NCBI GenBank assembly: GCA_010093815.1
Contig: ML996568.1
DNA: 31,960 nucleotides
Source: Pseudovirgaria hyperparasitica
Taxonomy: Eukaryota
Strand: one strand, 5' to 3'
Made by a program: the position numbers and the translations under genes. This document shows, piece by piece, positions 25,172 to 31,960 of the stretch. The notes below the pieces were generated by a model. The model worked only from the letters and a program-made list of their open reading frames with translations. It was not told the origin of the DNA and did no database searches. Position 1 is the first letter of the stretch. Every line of letters starts with the position of its first letter.

Positions 25172-27042
25172 AGTACCGAGCCCTCCTCTATACGTTATAG
25201 AAGTTCCGGTAATACCTCTATAGTATATACTTTATTATAGAAATAGACACGAATACTCTAGTCGCTTAAATTAACCGTACTATAACTAACTTACTAGGGG
25301 CGCTCGTTACTAGGTGGCTCGCGTGGATTTAGCTATAGAACTTTATAGTTAGGCACGTACCTAGAAAGTATAATATAGTCGCCGACGGTATCTTATAGAT
25401 ACACGAAGGAGAAGAACCACTAGACGTCCCTATCTTTAACCTAGATAAGTTCGTGGATATAGCTCTATATATAGACGTACTAGAGACGTTATTAATTAAG
25501 CCTATTAGTAGGAGAGATTCTATAATAGGGATACTCGACTATACCGCTATTAAGTCTCCCTTAATAGATAAATATAGCGATAAATAGTAGAGAATTACGA
25601 AGTATCTTACTATACTTAAGAGGCTAACCGACCTAACCGACCGAGCGTATAAGGTCTTTATAACCGACTATCTAAAGTTCCTTATACGTAACTAAATACT
25701 CTAGTAGAGAGGAGATAGATATCGCTAATATACACGAGTAATTAAGGATCCGAATACTAGGGCGCGTATAATTACTACTACTTATAATAAGATAGATTAT
25801 AGAGGTAGCGAAGGGACCCTTAGAAGGATTAAGAATAAGTATTAGTAGATAGATATATATAGAGACGTACGATAGCACGTAAAAACCTATAATAAATATT
25901 AATAACGAAGTAAGCTCCTCGGAGGTCTTAATAAAGGGCTCTACTACGTTATAACGCCTATTCTTTAGTAAAGAATATACTTAGATATAACGATACTACT
26001 ACCTTCCATAGAGTATAGTAAAGTAGTATCTATATGAGAATAGCTAAGTAGATAGACTAAGGCGGAGGTATATACGGCGGCTACGTCTATAGTTATTATA
26101 AAGTTCCTCTTTAAGAACGTAATCTATAGATATAGAATCATTCCTAAAATCACCTATAATAGTGGTAGAGAAAATATAGGTACCATAGAGGAGCTCCTCC
26201 GACTCTATAGAATTTATTAGAAGGTTATATCTATGTATAATCCCTAAGTAAATAGAATTATTAAGAGAAGTTTTATACTACTCGCTAATACTCTTACGAA
26301 GATAACTAATGGCGGATTTAAGAACTAGCCTAACTACCTCTATACGGTTGTCTAGGTAGATAGAATAACGATACGTACTAGTATAGGGTATAGTACCGTA
26401 TACCTCGTGCTCGGCTATAAACTAATTATACCTATCGAAGTCGAATTCGAGTCGCTCCGAATACTCCCTTAGAACGAGATATAATTAATATCCGACTTAC
26501 TTACTTTTCGAGCTAGATAACTTAAGAGAAGATCCGAGAATCTTAAGAAGGTCTATACCCACGTAACACGAACGTATAAGAAATCGAGAGAGGCATAGAA
26601 TAACGACTATTACCTTCGTTAAGAGTCGTTACTAGTTAATATAATTATCCTTCTATATAACTTATAGTAATAGAAGAATATAGAGCGGAAGCTAAGGTAG
26701 TATTAGAGGGGGCTATATAGAATCTAGTCCGTGTTTAATTATACTTATAAGCTCGCGGAGCTTAATAGAGCTATACTTAGAGGGACGTTTCCTAGCTATA
26801 GGTTAAAGAAATATTTTATAAGAAATATAAGTAACGAGAGTTACGACGAGCCCTCGCGACTATTAATTAGAAGAATTACTAAGGAAAATAAGGAGAGTAG
26901 TAATAAGGAAAACTATTATAAATAACTTACGGAACACCTCGATAATACTATACGAACCTAGGTGGAAGTAGTAATTCCTACTCCGTAAGACTTTAATAGA
27001 GAGAAATATTTACGTTTCTCTAGAATCGATATCTCCTTCTAG
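25172..27042 (+). pseudogene. Outer Gypsy pol, C-terminal part (rest of RNase H and integrase)
   Basis: Copy of 19138-21008 at offset 6034. Resumes exactly after the TSD. Confidence 0.9.
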
Positions 27043-27697
27043 AGGATAGAAGTTTTTTTAAGGAGGGAAGGGATACTTATAAAAGTAGTCTTATAACGAT
27101 AAACTCCATTATCGAAAGAGAATAATAAACCCTATCATTACTATAAAATAATAAAACCTATTATTAAAGTAAGTAATGCTCGAAAGAAGACATAATGGTG
27201 TTTACGCGAAATTCCACCTACTATACATTAAAACCGGTCGTGTAATCGAAGCCTATCTATTAAAGGTCTATTTCATTACTATAGAACGGGCCCTATTAGA
27301 AACTAATAAGGAAGAAAAGAAGGAGAAGGTATAAGAGAAAAAGATACTTATAGAAAGTCTTATAAGGATAAGAATATACCTAGTATCTATTCATTTATAG
27401 ATTCCGCTATATACCCGGTAGATACATTCATTTATAGATTTTCTATATACCTAGTATATATTTATTCATAGATTCGACACGTATACGGGCCTACGGCCAT
27501 TAGTAAGAATCATTTATAAAAATTACTATATACCCGGTATTTAAGGAGGCATAAAAAGAGAACTTAAGATAGTATATAACTCTTCCCTCTTATACCTCTC
27601 TATATCTTCTTAATTAATAAAACCTCCTTCTCTACTTCCACCTTACTTAAACTATCTCTCCTTAGAACGTAACTCGCTAATAGAACTAATAATAATA

Positions 27698-30679
27698 ATA
27701 GCCCTACTAAAGAAGAAAACGTCTACTCGTAAAGAGTTATAAGATTATTAAGTACTAATAAGATAGACGCGGTCCTAGTTAAGAGTCGTGAGTACTAAAG
27801 TAGGGCCATTAATAGCTATTATAGTATTAAGGCCATCTACTACTCCGTACGGATAGGCTATAGAAGCTACGGAAATAAATAAGTCTACTATTAACTAAAT
27901 TATCGCTATCTAGGACCCGTAAGAGCGATAGGACTATATTCTAGATACGTTTAATAATCTCCTTTATATTACTAGCCTTATAGAATAGCTCTTAAGTAGT
28001 ATAGTTAACCTCTTCTAGGAAGTAGAAGCCGTAATAGAGTATAGTAAGGTAAAGATTAACTTCTCTATTCCGAAAGAAGTCTATAAGATAATTCGTCGTA
28101 GAAGAGATACTAACTCCCGCTTCCTAAAAGCTAAAAATGTAATCCTATAAAACTAGCGAAAAGACCTCTCTAATAACGACGGCTAGTTACTCTAATCCGC
28201 CCTTAGATAGCTCTAGTAAATATAGAACTTTATAGAAAAGCTAGTAGCGCTCTTATGAGTACAAATATAGGCGAGAGCGAGGAACTAGTTAAACGTATCT
28301 CTATAGTTCTAAATCGGCTAGAGATAGAAGGGAAGGGGAATTAAGGTATATCTTTAGAGCTCTAATATTAATACTACCCTAGCTAGTAATAGTAATAAGG
28401 ACGGCCTATCTCTCTAGTAACTCTCGAACTACCCTAGCTAATAAAATAAACTAACGTTCTATAATAAGACGGGACTTATTATCCCCGCTAGTTAATAGTT
28501 ACGGATAAGTAGAATGGTTTATAGGCCCGTCGAATACTACCTATAAATTAAAGAGATAAGTATATCGTCTCCGCCTTAGACCTTACTATTACTAAAACTA
28601 GTATAGATAATATCTATAGTAAAGTCCCCTCCACGAAGTACGCCTTCTAGTTTAGTAGTATATTATCTCTTCGAAGCTAGTCGTCCGTTTAAAGTAAGTA
28701 TTCCTCCTACTACTACTAGTAAATATCCCTTACTAGGCCATATAAGAATATCTTTAGTGCCCGTTATAGCTATACCGATAAAACCTACTCGCGGACGTGC
28801 CTTATCTACCGGCCCTTAGTAATTACTAGGGGCGCCTATATAATAATCCCCGGTTATTCTTAGTTCGTACCCTAAGATAATAGCATTAGTTAAGAAAGAG
28901 AACGAGCCTAAGAAGTATTAATACGCGCCTTTAGTAACGAAGACTTTTAAGGTAGCTATATTATTAAAGAAGAATTTCACGAGTATTAAGGGAATAGCCC
29001 TACTAGTACGCTAGAAAGCGTAGATAGGTAACATAGCTATTCCGTATAAAGTCTACTATAAGTATTACTAAGACGTAGCTAGAAAGAATAATATACTTAT
29101 TAGTATATCCTACTTAAACCTAGTAGCGAGACTTAAAATAGTATATAAGTTTAGAGATAACGTAGGGGCCCTTAAAGTTTATAAGAACCGCTATATCTAG
29201 TTCGCGAAGTACGCGTGGCCACCTTATCTAATAGAGGCATTAGGTATCTATCGTTACTAGGCCCTAGAGACCCCGAAGTAAGTTATTAATATTAAAACCA
29301 TCCTTACTAGTATCGCATTTATAATTTAGAAGGAGGACGGTAGAATAGATAGGTAACTCTTCGACGAGTGGGAACGTACTAGAAGTATTAATATTAAAGG
29401 GCTCTTCGAGCCACTTAAAAAGACGACCTCTATACTTAATAAGAGTATTCTAGAACTCGCGAGGGATGAATTTAATATATATAAGTACCACTAGCGCATG
29501 TTTAATAAGAAATCGAACTACGGCTGGCTACGAACTATATACCACTCCTATATCTAATAGTTTATTAGGTAATACCTACTTTACTAGCTTATCTATATTA
29601 CTCTTCGGCCCGATCTTAACTACTATCTAATCTTATACCCGTACTATGCGAAGTCCTAGAATAGAGGCGATAAGACGGGTTTTAAGTATCTCAATAACGA
29701 TATTAATCGAATCCTTAATCCTAGTAATAGATATGGGTTTAATATAATCTAGGGAAGTATTAGTCTCGACGACGAACGAAGTAACGACTATACTATAATC
29801 GTTCCCCGCTTCTATAAGTTCTTAAACGAATAGTAGTTAAAGGCTAAGCTCTATAAGGGGGTTAATTAAAACGGTATAATTACGGCTATTAACGATAAGA
29901 TCTATAATACGGACGATAGAAAATGATTTAGTCCCTTCGTCCTGGTCCCCTACTAGTCCCTTAAAGTATATATCTCTAGCCTACTAATAATATACGGCGC
30001 CTAGGGTCCCGTAAAGGGTGGAAGACGTATAATACTTCTATGGTATATCGCGATTAGCCCTAATTATATAATAATAGAAGTATCTAAAATAGGTATATAG
30101 GAATAACTCGTAGTAGCTTATAGGAATTTAACTCCGGGACCCATGTCTCCGTCGGGATTTTCTAATAAATATAGTATGATTTCTTTTATCTTCCTAGCCG
30201 TAGTTTAACTCCCGAGTTTTAACGCCGTTAGTAACGTATTAGTTAGCTATAAAAGATAGGATAGCTAGAAGATAAAAGAAGAGGTAGCTACGTGGCTTAA
30301 CATAAGTCCTTAATAACTTAAAGCTAAGGTAGACGCCTAGTTTAAGGAGGGCTCGAGGGTATTTATAGAGATCTTTAAGAAAATAGTAAGGTAGAAAAGA
30401 CTAGTCTATAGGGATAGGTCGTTCTAGAAGGAATTTAATAAGGCGCGCGCCGCTAAGCGGCTAATTAATTTTAAGAAATTTAAGCCCGACGCGGGTCTAG
30501 ATAATATTAAAGAGAACTTCTATAGATAGGAGAGGTCTAACGAACTATCCGATAAGGAGAAATCTAACCTCTCTAAGATAAGCGATATAATTCTTTAGGA
30601 GCTAGCTCGCGACCTCGAGTACTAAGATTAGGCGCCTAAAAACCTACCTAATTATTAGTTAAGGGCTACCCTTAACTAA
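27698..30679 (+). pseudogene. Extra ORF of the outer Gypsy (putative 2OG-Fe(II) dioxygenase domain protein)
   Basis: Copy of 21664-24645 at constant offset 6034. Retains SLDDE, FDEWERT, YGWLR and ISYPYYAK codons lost in the other copy. Confidence 0.7.
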
Positions 30680-30829
30680 TAATCTAGGCTAAGGTTTACC
30701 CGTACTAAGAGGTTTACTAGGGGCGTATTTTATTTATATTAAGGTCTTTCTTTTAGGCGTTCTTTACATAGTTTCTTATACGGTTACTATACTACTAAGA
30801 GTAGTAGTTCTATAGGCCGGGGAGGTATA

Positions 30830-31200
30830 TATAGAAGGCCGTTCCTATAGCCCTATATATATATATCCCTAGCTTAATTATATGGCTTATTATATATTTA
30901 AGGAGGGCGTTTTCCTTGGTCATTCTACTCGGCACGCTTCCCCCATCACTAATATTCGATAATTTAACCTTTTCTTATGTTTATAGGCCTCTATAGGTAT
31001 TAATTATTAGGCTTAGCTATTAATAAATTAATTAAGAGTATTATATAGACCCGTCCTATCGTAAAAGAGAACTAATAAGAAGTCGTGCGTTTAAAGAGAA
31101 CTTATAATACCTAGGAGAGATACTTATGAGTTCGTCGCGACTACTATACTAAGAATATAGCCATTTATAAAAGGGATATACGTGGCGATAGCTTATTATA
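30830..31200 (+). repeat. Outer Gypsy 3' LTR
   Basis: 371 bp, followed by TSD ATAT. Confidence 0.95.
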
Positions 31201-31340
31201 ATATATAAAGAACGAGAGGATAGATAGAGCGTAGTTATGGATATAAGGGAGTTTTTCCTATTCGTAGGTTTCTTCTTATATAGTAGCTTAGACTAGAGGA
31301 GGCATGCGCCTATAGAGTGGTACTCTACCTAGTTTACTAA

Positions 31341-31364
31341 TATTATTATTATTATTATTATTAT
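31341..31364 (+). repeat. (TAT)n microsatellite tail of the LINE
   Basis: About 8 trinucleotide units abutting the LINE TSD. Confidence 0.8.
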
Positions 31365-31960
31365 ACTATTTCTTCTATATCTATATCTTTTTAATAGGAT
31401 ATAAAGTAGACGTCCTTCGTAAGCTTATTAACTACTACTAGTATAGTATTATACTATACTTACGAAACTAGTTCCCTTAAGAGTAGTAGATCTATTATAA
31501 AGTCTATAGAGATTATTTCCTAAGTATATAATAGTAGAGGAATTAGTTAGAGTTCTCTATATAGTTTATATCTATTAGATTAGCTTTTACTATATAGAAT
31601 ATAGTCTTATATAACTTCCTTAATAACTTATCTTTCCTTATAAGTTATATAGTATCTCTTAAATCTTTTATAAGTTTTTATTTCTCCTTAATATCTATAT
31701 ATTAGATCTTTATAGAATTCTTTAATAAAATAGTAGGCCTCGTCTCTTGGGATTATACTTCTTCCCTCTAGATTCTTAAGTATAAATTCTTTCTATATTA
31801 CTATAATATATCGCGTTAGTCTAAGGTTTCTATCTTTAGTAACCTCTAATATAGTCTATTCTATAGTAGGTTCTTTTTACTTATATTCCGCTTATTAGCT
31901 AAGGGCGTTAGCTCTTCCGTTTTCGGATCCTTTATAGTATATAATTTAGATATTAAATTC
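31362..31960 (-). pseudogene. pol: Chromovirus pol continued: end of RNase H, integrase Zn finger and start of the core
   Basis: De-RIPed GSENGRADALS, CILCSKS..RHKPYGELQP, WEIISMDFITDLP, ILVVVDKLTK. Joins in frame to the 2255-3228 fragment across the LINE TSD (…EEMAYVFL…). Confidence 0.9.

Larger units (their letters stand above)
8369..31200 (+). mobile_element. Outer Ty3/Gypsy LTR retrotransposon (non-chromoviral, probably Ylt1-like), 11,413 bp once the inner copy is removed
   Basis: 371-bp LTRs at 8369-8739 and 30830-31200. TSD ATAT at 8365-8368 and 31201-31204. Collinear with the inner copy (offsets 5385 and 6034). Confidence 0.95.
3229..31361 (+). mobile_element. Full-length Tad1-like LINE (~5.3 kb: 3229-8368 plus 31205-31361), interrupted in its 3' UTR by the Gypsy nest
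   Basis: TSD TATACTATTTCTTCTA at 3213-3228 and 31362-31377, with the first bases ambiguous against the tail. (TAT)n tail from 31341. ORF1 and ORF2 motifs present. Confidence 0.9.

Noticed and set aside
1165..30683. Recurrent palindrome interpreted as CRISPR repeats or bacterial terminators
   Set aside because: Copies are kilobases apart with no spacer array, and the context is eukaryotic RIP-mutated transposon DNA.
8369..31200. Duplication interpreted as an assembly artefact or tandem duplication
   Set aside because: Distinct TSDs, pair-specific LTR variants and independent RIP patterns show a real nested insertion.

Overview
Fungal (most likely filamentous ascomycete) repeat-rich DNA with no intact host gene. 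The window is a stack of nested retroelements degraded by repeat-induced point mutation (RIP): CpA/TpG are depleted, TpA is in excess, and Gln/Trp codons have become TAA/TAG. Target-site duplications (TSDs) reconstruct the nesting. A minus-strand chromovirus Ty3/Gypsy pol (2255-3228, resuming 31362-31960) is split by a full-length Tad1-like LINE (3229-31361, TSD up to 16 bp). The LINE's 3' UTR is split by an 11.4-kb non-chromoviral Gypsy (8369-31200, TSD ATAT). The RNase H region of that Gypsy is split by a second copy of the same family (13753-25167, TSD CTAG). The left end holds a 605-bp miniature LTR element (TRIM) with a self-priming signature, a second diverged LINE 5' end and an LTR fragment. 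Most notable: both 11.4-kb Gypsy copies carry a ~990-codon extra ORF downstream of pol. After manual reversal of RIP, its C-terminal part reads as a PhyH-like 2OG-Fe(II) dioxygenase. Also, one ~30-bp palindrome recurs nine times, in both the LINEs and the Gypsy, often at ORF boundaries. All protein motifs were translated and de-RIPed by eye; no database search was run.
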